Assembly: GCA_032718475.1 (NCBI GenBank)
Contig: JAUCBJ010003725.1
Coordinates: 1-51,954 of the forward strand
DNA: 51,954 bases
Source: Nemertoderma westbladi
Lineage: Eukaryota > Animalia > Xenacoelomorpha
Reading direction: 5' to 3'
The notes under the pieces are model-generated. The model searched no databases and had not been told where the DNA came from. It was given only the letters and a program-made list of their open reading frames with translations. Shown here in pieces: positions 1 through 11,348 of the stretch. A program made the position numbers and the translations under genes. Every line of letters begins with the position of its first letter. Within the stretch, counting starts at the first letter, position 1.

Positions 1-991
1 CCATCTTTGGTAAAGGATAGTCGACACCATATAATTCTTCGAAGTACTTCAACATCTCTGGTCCAATCCTCAATGCGTAATTAGCAGCATCTATCATATC
101 CTGACGGGCCCAGACCCTAAATGGGATTTTTAAGCTGTCATTGGTGTTGGACACCATATCGGAAACAATTAAAGCAAGTAAATAAGTGGACATCTTGAGT
201 GTGGGTTCGAAGGTTGTCCTCGTTCTGTCTCCAGTAACACGGCTGGTAGAAACAGCCGGCATGTTGGACATGGCATTGTAATCCGAGCGGTGAGTTACCG
301 AGAGCTCGAAATGAGCTTTCAATCCCGGCTCATCGAAACAGGGAAATACTTTCCGTGCATCCGTTACTTGCAGTTGGGACGTGGCCATCCAGTGAATCGT
401 TCCATTCGAGGTGTAGGAAGAGCGATACAACCCAGCCAGGCTATCATCCAACACACCATTAAACTCAACGTAAAGTTCATAGTCAGAATCTTTTCCAAGA
501 TATCCATTCAATTTAAGAACTAAGTATTCGTTGTTCGGATAGAGAAAGTATTCTTTAATGGTTGGAAGGAGTGCATCTTTCGACGTTGTTATTAATTTGG
601 GTTCACTTGTGATGTTTAGCAACTTGCTGTGGACTACAACGATATCTGTAGTCTCAATAACGGTGAAGGTTATAGAAACGGATCCACTGAAATAAAAGGA
701 TGGTTCCAAGAAAACATCAAGGAAAACATTGTAATATGAAGGTCTCAGGGAGAGAGGGAGGCGGGTTTGATTCCATGGCATGGCGGTGGTGGTTACAGTG
801 TCATTACTACACCGACCTCCATAAACAACAGCCAACACCGTTACCAGAACAAGTACAGCAACCAGAGCTACGATAATTATAATTAAGTTTAACTTAGATA
901 AAGTAACATAACGACCAGCCGCCCTCTTATGTTGTGAATCGGAATCTTTCGTTTTCTCAAGAACCTGCAACTGGCTGCCATGAAAAGACAT
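1..991 (-). CDS. M1-family zinc aminopeptidase (aminopeptidase N-like), N-terminal part; continues beyond the window start
   Basis: Manual translation from ATG at 991 is open to position 1: MSFHGSQLQ..., signal-anchor LIIIIVALVAVLVLVTVLAVVY, then RLPLSLRPSYY, GLYRSSY, MATSQLQVTDARKVFPCFDEPGLKAHF, MSNMP, KMSTYLLALIVSD, RVWAR, YFEELYGVDYPLPKM. These are hallmark M1 N-terminal motifs. GAMEN and HEXXH would lie outside the window. Confidence 0.93.
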   Translation of the reverse strand, partial: MSFHGSQLQVLEKTKDSDSQHKRAAGRYVTLSKLNLIIIIVALVAVLVLVTVLAVVYGGRCSNDTVTTTAMPWNQTRLPLSLRPSYYNVFLDVFLEPSFYFSGSVSITFTVIETTDIVVVHSKLLNITSEPKLITTSKDALLPTIKEYFLYPNNEYLVLKLNGYLGKDSDYELYVEFNGVLDDSLAGLYRSSYTSNGTIHWMATSQLQVTDARKVFPCFDEPGLKAHFELSVTHRSDYNAMSNMPAVSTSRVTGDRTRTTFEPTLKMSTYLLALIVSDMVSNTNDSLKIPFRVWARQDMIDAANYALRIGPEMLKYFEELYGVDYPLPKM

Positions 992-1559
992 TGTTTGAAA
1001 GTTATTATAATTAATTGCACTTCAAATAATATATCTTTAAAATATCCGCAGACACACATATATAACGCATACCTGTCAACAATAAACGAATTTAATTGCG
1101 CATTATCTATAAAGAAATCTACACATATTATTATCATTATAATCATAAACCCAATTTGATCATTAATTAATTAGCCTATTTGAAATAGACTAGAATGTAA
1201 TATTTGTACGATTCCGTATTTTATGGTTGTTCATCTTTCTATGATATACCAGATGAAAGAGCACGCACGGAAAGCCAACAATATAGGATGATGGATGGCA
1301 TATAATCACAGAATGCAAATACGGTGTTCTGCAAATACTACATAACGATAACTGTTTTAAATGCACGTCACTCAACCCCCTTAATAATTAATTATAAGAT
1401 TTATTACAATATTATACTGGTGCTACTAGTCAGCTAGTCCATATAGATAGACCTATGTGCAAGGAATGTTAACGAAATCTTTGCATTAAAATTAACTTGC
1501 CAGACTTAAATTTTCCCATATGAAGGGTTTCCAATTACTAAAGCGAAAGCAATACTAAA

Positions 1560-1870
1560 GGATATATGAGAACGTAACACTAAAGAAATGGTCTGAGAAG
1601 GGAAAACTAAATAAATGGTTTGAGTAAGGAGTATAGCAATGGTATGGGAACGCAGCACTAGGCCAATGGTTAGGCATCGTAGCACTAAAGCAATGGATGA
1701 GAAGGAAACACTAAAGCAATGGTTTTGGAACGCAGCTCTAAAGCAATGGTTTTGGAACGCAGCTCTAAAGCAATGGTTTTGGAACGCAGCTCTAAAGCAA
1801 TGGTTTTGGAACGCAGCTCTAAAGCAATGGTTTTGGAACGCAGCTCTAAAGCAATGGTTTTGGAACGCGA
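1560..1870. repeat. 27-bp minisatellite (ctaaagcaatggttttggaacgcagct)
   Basis: About 6 near-perfect copies from 1711, preceded by several degenerate copies. Confidence 0.95.
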
Positions 1871-2007
1871 CACTGAGTACTATAATCGGCATGCTGCATT
1901 GCAGCTGCACATTGAGATTGCTGTGCCGGCTTAAAAATAATAAGGAAATTGTGCGGCATACATGCAATCTTCAATCGGGATGCTGCTATACAGCTTGTTT
2001 TAAGAAT

Positions 2008-2421
2008 GATATGCCGACTTATCGACATTTGATATGCCGACTTATCGACATTTTATATGCCGACTTATCGACATTTGATATGCCGACTTATCGACATTTG
2101 ATATGCCGGCTTATCAACATTTGATATGCCGGCTTATCGACATTTGATATGCCGACTTATCGACATTTGATATGCCGACTTATCGACATTTGATATGCCG
2201 ACTTATCGACATTTGATATGCCGACTTATCGACATTTGATATGCCGACTTATCGACATTTGATATGCCGACTTATCGACATTTGATATGCCGACTTATCG
2301 ACATTTGATATGCCGGCTTATCGACATTTGATATGCCGACTTATCGACATTTGATATGCCGGCTTATCGACATTTGATATGCCGGCTTATCAACATTTGA
2401 TATGCCGGCTTATCGACATTT
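2008..2421. repeat. 23-bp minisatellite (gatatgccgacttatcgacattt) x18
   Basis: Direct tandem copies with period 23 and few substitutions. Confidence 0.97.
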
Positions 2422-2437
2422 TTTGCTTATATGACAT

Positions 2438-2640
2438 TTGATAGATCATCTTCAAGGCCAGTGCCCTTTAAGATGCGTCTCAAGAAAGTCATGTGCTGTC
2501 CACAATACTAATTCACTCCATGAGGCCGCCAAAGCAGAAGATTATGCACTGGTTGGTCCTCACGGCGAAAGCAATGATGTCCTGCAAAGCGGAGGAAAGC
2601 AATGGTTTGAGAAAGACTTGGATTAGTCAGTGGGTTAGAT
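2438..2640 (-). mobile_element. Decayed 3' fragment of an RTE-like non-LTR retrotransposon
   Basis: Minus-strand translation LRFAGHHCFRREDQPVHNLLLWRPHG...LKGTGL resembles the C-terminal RL.FAGHC.R...LLLW.P.G...DTGL signature of RTE-clade ORFs; contains a stop codon. Confidence 0.65.
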
Positions 2641-3100
2641 ATTCCGTTGTATTGTAGGTTTCCTATAGACACACACACCCACACCTCCTTATGAAAGATC
2701 ACAGAATTAAAAATAAGTATCAAATTTTATTTTTGCAGTAATAAAAAAATCCAAGAGTAAGTCCTATATATGACATATATATTGTAATAATATATAGTAA
2801 ATGGATAAATATTAGTGACAAAATAATAATAGATAACAATCTGTCTGTCCTATACATTGAATTGTCTTATAGCATTAATATAAATTAATGAAAAATAGTT
2901 AAGTATATAATGGGGAATATATGACATATTTGTAAGGAATTAATTGCGGATTTAATAGCCCCGATACAAATATTAGACCCACTTACTAACTAATATATTC
3001 GCGTCCATTAAATATATGAAGGGCCATTATAAACAAAACCGGGCTTTTAATAAATGCAGTGGCGGTTTGTATTTGATCTATTATTTATATTTATTATCAA

Positions 3101-4139
3101 GGTGCTCTGTGTGCTAGACAATATGAAATAGGTACACTGTGTGATAAACGATATGAAATAGTTGCACTGTGTGCTAGACGATATGAAATAGGTACACTGT
3201 GTGATAAACGATATGAAATAGGTGCACTGTGTGCTAGACGATATGAAATAGGTGCACTGTGTGCTAGACGATATGAAATAGGTGCACTGTGTGATAAACG
3301 ATATGAAATAGTTGCACTGTGTGCTAGACGATATGAAATAGGTGCACTGTGTGCTAGACGATATGAAATAGGTGCACTGTTTGCTAGACGATATGAAATA
3401 GGTGCACTGTTTGCGAGATGATATGGAATAGGTGCACTGTGTAATAAACGATATAAAATAGGTGCACTGTGTGCTAGACAATATGAAATAGGTGCACTGT
3501 GTGCTAAACGATATGAGATATGTGCACTGTGTGCTAGACAATATGAAATAGATGCACTGTGTGATAAACGATATGAAATAGGTGCACTGTGTGATAAACG
3601 ATATGAAATAGGTACACTGTGTGATAAACGATATGAAATAGGTGCACTGTGCGCTAGACGATATTAAATAGTTGCACTGTGTGCTAGACGATATTAAATA
3701 GGTGCACTGTGTGCTAGACGATATGAAATAGGTGCACTGTGTGCTAGACGATATGAAATAGGTGCACTGTTCGCGAGATGATTTGAAATAGGTGCACTGT
3801 GTGATAAACGATATGAAATAGGTACACTGTGTGATAAACGATGTGAAATAGGTGCACTGTGTGCTAGACAATATGAAATAGGTGCACTGTGTGCTAGACA
3901 ATATGAAATAGGTGCACGGGGTGCTAGACGATATGAAATAGGTGCACTGTGTGCTAGACGATATGAAATAGATGGATGCACTGTGTGCTAGACGATATGA
4001 AATAGATGCACTGTGTGCTAGACGATATGAAATATGTGCACTGTGTGCTAGACAATATGAAATAGGTGCACTGTGTGCTAGACGATATGAAATAGGTGCA
4101 CTGTGTGCTAGACGATATGAAATAGATGCACTGTGTGCC
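3101..4139. repeat. 30-bp minisatellite (ggtgcactgtgtgctagacgatatgaaata), ~34 copies
   Basis: Period 30; recurrent variant with gataaacg; 4-bp register shift near 3971. Confidence 0.97.
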
Positions 4140-4799
4140 AAAGAAATGATGAAAAATCCACGAAAATCATTAAAAATGATTAACAACCGATTCAATATAT
4201 TACATTATTTTCAGGCTCAGCCGGTACATATCTTAAGTGAATAGCTTTGTATATTGTGTAACCTTTCTCATTAAGCGCTATTTTTATTTACTTAACCGAT
4301 TATGGAGTATTGATCCCCTGACAGCGGCCTTTTGTCGAATGTTTCCGTTAGATTAATGTACCCAGTGCCAGTGTATACGATAGGTGAATTATTGGGCGAG
4401 TACGGATATTCTATCCAAATTGCAAATTGCATTGCGTATCTACTGGTAAGAGTGAGTAATTTGTGACACCATAAAAGTTTATAACACCCAGCGAATTCGG
4501 AGGAAATGAAATTTCCATTCATTGACGGCAGGACCGCTGCATCCATACAAATGTGACGTACGACACGTCAAGGTTGAAAGAAATTTAATGAATGTAAACT
4601 GAATTAGACTGCAATTCCTGTCAATCACGCTTGTATGCTGGTTACAACGGATACAGGTCTGGATGGGCGCCTGGGCCTCTGCGAAGCAGAATTGTGAGCC
4701 CTTATTAGTGAAAGAAAAATTATCATTATACTATGACTAAATTATATTGGCTTCCGACAGATACATCCACCCCAAAACACACATTTGTCCAGTGGCCCT

Positions 4800-7700
4800 T
4801 AATATCCCAGGGACCATAATGCCCCACGGACCGTAATGGGCCATAATGTCCCAGGGAGGGACGCTGCAAACTTCGCCCGGAGCAATCTTCGCCCTCAAAA
4901 TGAGTGTTAACAACCTCGTTTATTGTTTTGGTTATTCGACTCTGTAACCTGCTCCTTTCCCCCAATCGGGCGAAGGTTGGTCGCGGGCGAAGATTTCCCG
5001 CGGGCGAAGGTTGGAGGCGGGCGAAGATTGCACCCAACCCCCAGGGATCGTACGTAATGGACCATAATGTTCCACGGACCGTAATGGACCATAATGTCAC
5101 AGGGACCGTAATGTCCCACGGACCGTAATGGACCATAATGTCGCAGGGTCCGTAATGGACCATAATGTCCCACGGACCGTAATGGACCATAATGTCCCAC
5201 GGTCCGTAATGGACCATAATGTCCCACGGTCCGAAATGGACCATAATGTCGCAGGGTCCGTAATGTCCCACGGACCGTAATGGACCATAATGTCACAGGA
5301 ACCGCAATCTCCCACGGACCGTAATGGACCATAATGTCGCAGGGTCCGTAATGGACCATAATGTCCCAGGGACCGTAATGGACCGTATGTCCCACAGTCC
5401 GTAATGGACCATAATGTCCCACGGTCAGAAATGGACCATAATGTCCCGCGGTCCGTAATGGTCCATAATGTCTCACGGTCCGTAATGGACCATAATGTCC
5501 CAGGGACCGTAATGTCCCAGGAACCGTAATGGACCATAATGTCCCACGGTCCGTAATGGCCCATAATGTCCCAGGGACCGTAATGTCCCACGGACCGTAA
5601 TGGTCCATAATGTCCCACGGTCCGTAATTGTACATAATGTCGCAGGGTCCGTAATGGACCACAATGTCCTAGGACCGTAATGTCCCACGGACCGTAATGG
5701 ACCATAATGTCCCACGGTGCGTAATGGACCATAATGTCCCACGGACCGTAATGGACCATCATGTCCCACGGTCCGTAATGGACCATAATATCCCAGGGAC
5801 CATAATGTCCAGGGACCCTAATGGACCATAATGTCCCTCGGTCCTTAATGGACCATAATGTCCCACGGTCCGCAATGGACCATAATGTCCCAGGGACCTT
5901 AATGTCCCACGGTCCGTAATGGACCATAATGTCATAGGGACCGTAATGGACCATAATGTCCCACGGTCCGTAATGGACCATAATGTCCCACGGACCGTAA
6001 TGGACCATAATGTCCCACGGTCCGTAATGGACCATAATGTCACAAATGGACCATAATGTCCCACGGTCCGTAATGGACCATAATATCCCAGGGACCGTAA
6101 TGGACCATAATGTCCAGGGACCCTAATGGACCATAATGTCCCATGGTCCGTTATGGACCATATTGTCCCACGGTCCGCAATGGACCATAATGTCCCAGGG
6201 ACCGTAACGTTCTACGGTCCGTAATGGACCATAATGTCCCAGGGACCGTAATGTTCTACTGTCCGTAATGGACCATAATGTCCCAGGGACCGCAATGGAC
6301 CATAATGTCCCACAGTCCGTAATGGACCATAATGTCCTACGGACCGTAATGGACAATAATGTCCCATGGTCCGTAATGGACCAAAATGTCCCAGGGACCG
6401 TAATGGACCATAATGTCCAGGGACCCTAATGGACCATAATGTGCCACGGTCCGTTATGGACCATAATGTCCCACGGTCCGCAATGGACCATAATGTCCCA
6501 GGGACCGTAATGTTCTACGGTCCGTAATGGACAATAATGTCCCATGGTCCGTAATGGACCATAATGTCCCAGGGACCGTAATGGATCATAATGTCCCACG
6601 GTCCGTAATGGACCATAAAGTCCCACGGTCAGTACTGGACCATAATGTCCCAGGGACCGTAATGTTATACGGTCCGTAATGGACCATAATGTCCCACAGT
6701 CCGTAATGGACCATAATGTCCTAAGGACCGTAATGGACAATAATGTCCCATGGTCCGTAATGGACCATAATGTCCCAGGGACCGTAATGGACCATAATGT
6801 CCAGGGACCCTAATGGACCATAATGTCCCACGGTCCGTTATGGACCATAATGTCCCACGGTCCGCAATGGACCATAATGTCCCAGGGACCGTAATGTTCT
6901 ACGGTCCGTAATGGACAATAATGTCCCATGGTCCGTAATGGACCATAATGTCCCAGGGACCGTAATGGATCATAATGTCCCACGGTCCGTAATGGACCAT
7001 AAAGTCCCACGGTCAGTACTGGACCATAATGTCCCAGGGACCGTAATGTTATACGGTCCGTAATGGACCATAATGTCCCACAGTCCGTAATGGACCATAA
7101 TGTCCTACGGACCGTAATGGACAATAATGTCCCATGGTCCGTAATGGACCATTATGTCCCAGGGACCGTAATGGACCATAATGTCCAGGGACCCTAATGG
7201 ACCATAATGTCCCACGGTCCGTTATGGACCATAATGTCCCACAGTCCGTAATGGACCATAATGTCCTACGGACCGTAATGGACAATAATGTCCCATGGTC
7301 CGTAATGGACCATTATGTCCCAGGGACCGTAATGGACCATAATGTCCAGGGACCCTAATGGACCATAATGTCCCACGGTCCGTTATGGACCATAATGTCC
7401 CACGGTCCGCAATGGACCATAATGTCCCAGGGACCGTAATGTTCTACGGTCCGTAATGGACAATAATGTCCCATGGTCCGTAATGGACCATAATGTCCCA
7501 GGGACCGTAATGGATCATAATGTCCCACGGTCCGTAATGGACCATAAATCCCACGGTCAGTACTGGACCATAATGTCTCAGGGACCGTAATGTTATACGG
7601 ACCGTAATGGACCATAATGTCCCACAGTCCGTAATGGACCATAATGTCCTACGGACCGTAATGGACAATAATGTCCCATGGTCCGTAATGGACCATTATG

Positions 7701-9570
7701 TCCCAGGGACCGTAATGGACCATAATGTCCAGGGACCCTAATGGACCATAATGTCCCACGGTCCGTTATGGACCATAATGTCCCACGGTCCGCAATGGAC
7801 CATAATGTCCCAGGGACCGTAATGTTCTACGGTCCGTAATGGACAATAATGTCCCATGGTCCGTAATGGACCATAATGTCCCAGGGACCGTAATGGATCA
7901 TAATGTCCCACGGTCCGTTATGGACCATAATGTCCCACGGTCCGCAATGGACCATAATGTCCCAGGGACCGTAATGTTCTACGGTCCGTAATGGACCATA
8001 ATGTCCCACAGTCCGTAATGGACCATAATGTCCTACGGACCGTAATGGACAATAATGTCCCATGGTCCGTAATGGACCATAATGTCCAGGGACCCTAATG
8101 GACCATAATGTCCCACGGTCCGTTATGGACCATAATGTCCCACGGTCCGCAATGGACCATAATGTCCCAGGGACCGTAATGTTCTACGGTCCGTAATGGA
8201 CAATAATGTCCCATGGTCCGTAATGGACCATAATGTCCCAGGGACCGTAATGGATCATAATGTCCCACGGTCCGTAATGGACCATAAAGTCCCACGGTCA
8301 GTACTGGACCATAATGTCCCAGGGACCGTAATGTTATACGGTCCGTAATGGACCATAATGTCCCACAGTCCGTAATGGACCATAATGTCATACGGACCGT
8401 AATGGACAATAATGTCCCAAGGTCCGTAATGGACCATTATGTCCCAGGGACCGTAATGGACCATAATGTCCAGGGACCCTAATGGACCATAATGTCCCAC
8501 GGTCCGTTATGGACCATAATGTCCCACAGTCCGTAATGGACCATAATGTCCTACGGACCGTAATGGACAATAATGTCCCATGGTCCGTAATGGACCATTA
8601 TGTCCCAGGGACCGTAATGGACCATAATGTCCAGGGACCCTAATGGACCATAATGTCCCACGGTCCGTTATGGACCATAATGTCCCACGGTCCGCAATGG
8701 ACCATAATGTCCCAGGGACCGTAATGTTCTACGGTCCGTAATGGACAATAATGTCCCATGGTCCGTAATGGACCATAATGTCCCAGGGACCGTAATGGAT
8801 CATAATGTCCCACGGTCCGTAATGGACCATAAAGTCCCACGGTCAGTACTGGACCATAATGTCCCAGGGACCGTAATGTTATACGGACCGTAATGGACCA
8901 TAATGTCCCACAGTCCGTAATGGACCATAATGTCCTACGGACCGTAATGGACAATAATGTCCCATGGTCCGTAATGGACCATTATGTCCCAGGGACCGTA
9001 ATGGACCATAATGTCCAGGGACCCTAATGGACCATAATGTCCCACGGTCCGTTATGGACCATAATGTCCCACGGTCCGCAATGGACCATAATGTCCCAGG
9101 GACCGTAATGTTCTACGGTCCGTAATGGACAATAATGTCCCATGGTCCGTAATGGACCATAATGTCCCAGGGACCGTAATGGATCATAATGTCCCACGGT
9201 CCGTAATGGACCATAAAGTCCCACGGTCAGTACTGGACCATAATGTCCCAGGGACCGTAATGTTATACGGACCGTAATGGACCATAATGCCCCACAGTCC
9301 GTAATGGACCATAATGTCCTACGGACCGTAATGGACAATAATGTCCCATGGTCCGTAATGGACCATTATGTCCCAGGGACCGTAATGGACCATAATGTCC
9401 AGGGACCCTAATGGACCATAATGTCCCACGGTCCGTTATGGACCATAATGTCCCAGGGACCGTAATGGACCATAATGTCCCAGGGACCGTAATGGACCAT
9501 AATATCGCAGGGTCCGTAATGGACCATAATGTCCCAGGGACCGTATTGTCCCAGGGACTGTAATGTCATG
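4800..9570. repeat. Complex satellite, 27-bp unit (gtaatggaccataatgtcccacggtcc) with 17-bp variants and 384/545-bp higher-order repeats
   Basis: Continuous tandem array; the diagnostic AGTACT variant recurs at 6631, 7015, 7559, 8300, 8845 and 9229. Confidence 0.95.
4858..5040. mobile_element. ~183-bp MITE inserted in the satellite (Mutator/foldback-like)
   Basis: Left arm has cttcgccc sub-repeats and right arm has gggcgaag sub-repeats; imperfect TIRs; flanked by direct repeat (c)ccaggga at 4850-4857 and 5040-5047. Confidence 0.7.
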
Positions 9571-9577
9571 TGGGCCG

Positions 9578-9974
9578 CAGGGGCGCACAGTGCTCCGGGG
9601 GCGCAGCCGATTTTTACGACGACGTAGTTTACATGCTCAGCGAAAAGATCTTCCTTGGCTCCTCAGGAGAGAGTTGATCACTTGTACATTACCAAGAATC
9701 AAAGTCCTTGAACTACGACAAGCTGATTGACTAATTTACGTCAAAGAAAAGTCGGGCTGTAAAATTTCGGATGGTGTGGGGATAACTTTAAAATAGATAT
9801 ACCTAGTTGTCGCCTTATTTTGCAAAAATTATATTTATCTCTACTTACAATATTATATAATCCATAACGTTATGTACTTTTTAAAATAAGGGGGATATGG
9901 GAGGGGGTGTCACGCACAAGTCACAGTAAGCATTACACTGTAAGGGGGCGCATGGTGATGCTGCTACGTCACTG
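9578..9974 (+). mobile_element. hAT (Tip100/ZMYM1-like) transposon remnant
   Basis: Broken translation RSSLAPQERVDHL / ESKSLNYDKLID*FTSKKSRAVKF resembles the hAT C-terminal dimerisation end; 3' terminus gctgctacgtcactg resembles a CAGTGGCGTAGC-type TIR; left TIR not found. Confidence 0.5.
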
Positions 9975-10444
9975 GCGGGCCCGAATATCCCGCCTGTCAT
10001 AATGCTCCAAGGCTTCTCCCAGGCAATAAGTTCCCATGGGAATTAATTTACGTCAAATTGACAAACATTATTCACAATCATTATTTACAGCATAGATTAA
10101 ACGTATGCAGTGTGGGTCATGATTTTAGGTGGTATTTAATTAGCCTGGTACCTATTTAAAGTGGTTGGCAGAAAAGTTATTGAAAGAGCATTGTTATTGA
10201 ATTGTTATTGAATCCATTCTATATAATTATATTATTAGTTTTTAATTGTTTAAGGAGAATTATACTGTTTAATTCTTAACACCTTATAATTAAAAACACT
10301 ACGTTATTGTCTCCGTATCTAACTGGATAGAGCTGGACTTGTATGCATGAAGTAGTAGTATTCTAGTTGTAGTTGATATTTTTTATTACACTGGTGTTAT
10401 ATAGAGTTCGGCAAATACTGGCATTGTTCTTTGCATGGGAGTAA

Positions 10445-10703
10445 AGGCCCATTTATACTCGGCCGTACGACAGCCGTACGAGAACGTCGTAAGGCGGCCG
10501 TGATGGTGAGGTCAACGTACGGCCGCATTCAAGGCCGTACGGTGCCGTTCGGAATTTGGAGTTGTTTTACGACCGTACAGTCTATTTCCGTACGGGATAC
10601 CAAACATACCGCACGGCCGCCTGACGGCTGCTGCACGGACAAATATCACAATTTATCACCACCGTACAGCTGTCGTACGGCCGAGTATAAAATAAATGGG
10701 CCT
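10445..10703. mobile_element. 259-bp PIF/Harbinger-like MITE
   Basis: TIR aggcccatttatactcggccgtacgacagc with its reverse complement at the right end (5-bp duplication inside the right TIR); TAA on both flanks. Confidence 0.85.
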
Positions 10704-11348
10704 TAAAAGTTTTGGTTATAATTAGTGAAAGTAATAATGGTAGTTTGGTAAACTTGTTGCCGTGCGTGCAAGCAGATAAGTTAGTTGCATCGGGGTCGCG
10801 TACATAATGCAGTGACGTTCGTCTAAGCGAATATTGCACCCAACAATGCCTTACTTCTATAACTTTTAAATGCCCACCTTTGTAATCCACCGGTCGCGGT
10901 GTACGTTAGACGTTAGTAAATAAAATACAGGGGTTTCTGTTTTTATAGTTTTTAAGACTCGTAAGTATACAGAGGTTTTTTTGGGATGCTGATCAGATCA
11001 CAAGGAACTCAAATAAAACATTCAAGAAAATTTCTGGTTATTTGAAATGTGGCCACTGGGCCACGAAAAGACAAGTAGTATAAATTAAATATGATATGAT
11101 AATGAACAATCTCCACCAAATCAACCTGATTTTAATACATTATGGATTTTCTAGGATGATGTAAGGGAAATACCAAAAAAAATGAAACAGTACGACACTG
11201 TCAAGTATAATAAAACGTAGAAGGTCTCATAAACTGTATAATAAGATAATAAAGAACTGACAGGAAACATAATATAACAGTATCGAACCACAGAGTAAGG
11301 GAAGCATCAGCTGAATAGCCAAATCACCATGATAGTCACTATGAATAT

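Noticed and set aside
290-1146. ORFs 290-523 (+) and 889-1146 (-)
   Set aside because: Antisense or alternative-frame shadows of the aminopeptidase CDS
2565-2615. aaagcaatggttt shared between the RTE fragment and the 27-bp minisatellite
   Set aside because: Only 13 bp; too short to infer an origin
1506-9338. Many long repetitive ORFs (e.g. 3047-4195, 4907-6035)
   Set aside because: They are translations of stop-free minisatellite frames, overlap in several frames and have no unique domain
2008-9570. CRISPR-like appearance of 23-30-bp repeats
   Set aside because: Units are head-to-tail with no unique spacers, there are no cas genes, and the context is eukaryotic
4790-9974. Idea that the whole satellite lies inside one hAT element starting at cagtggc (4790)
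   Set aside because: The TIR match is only ~7 bp and the flanks show no 8-bp TSD
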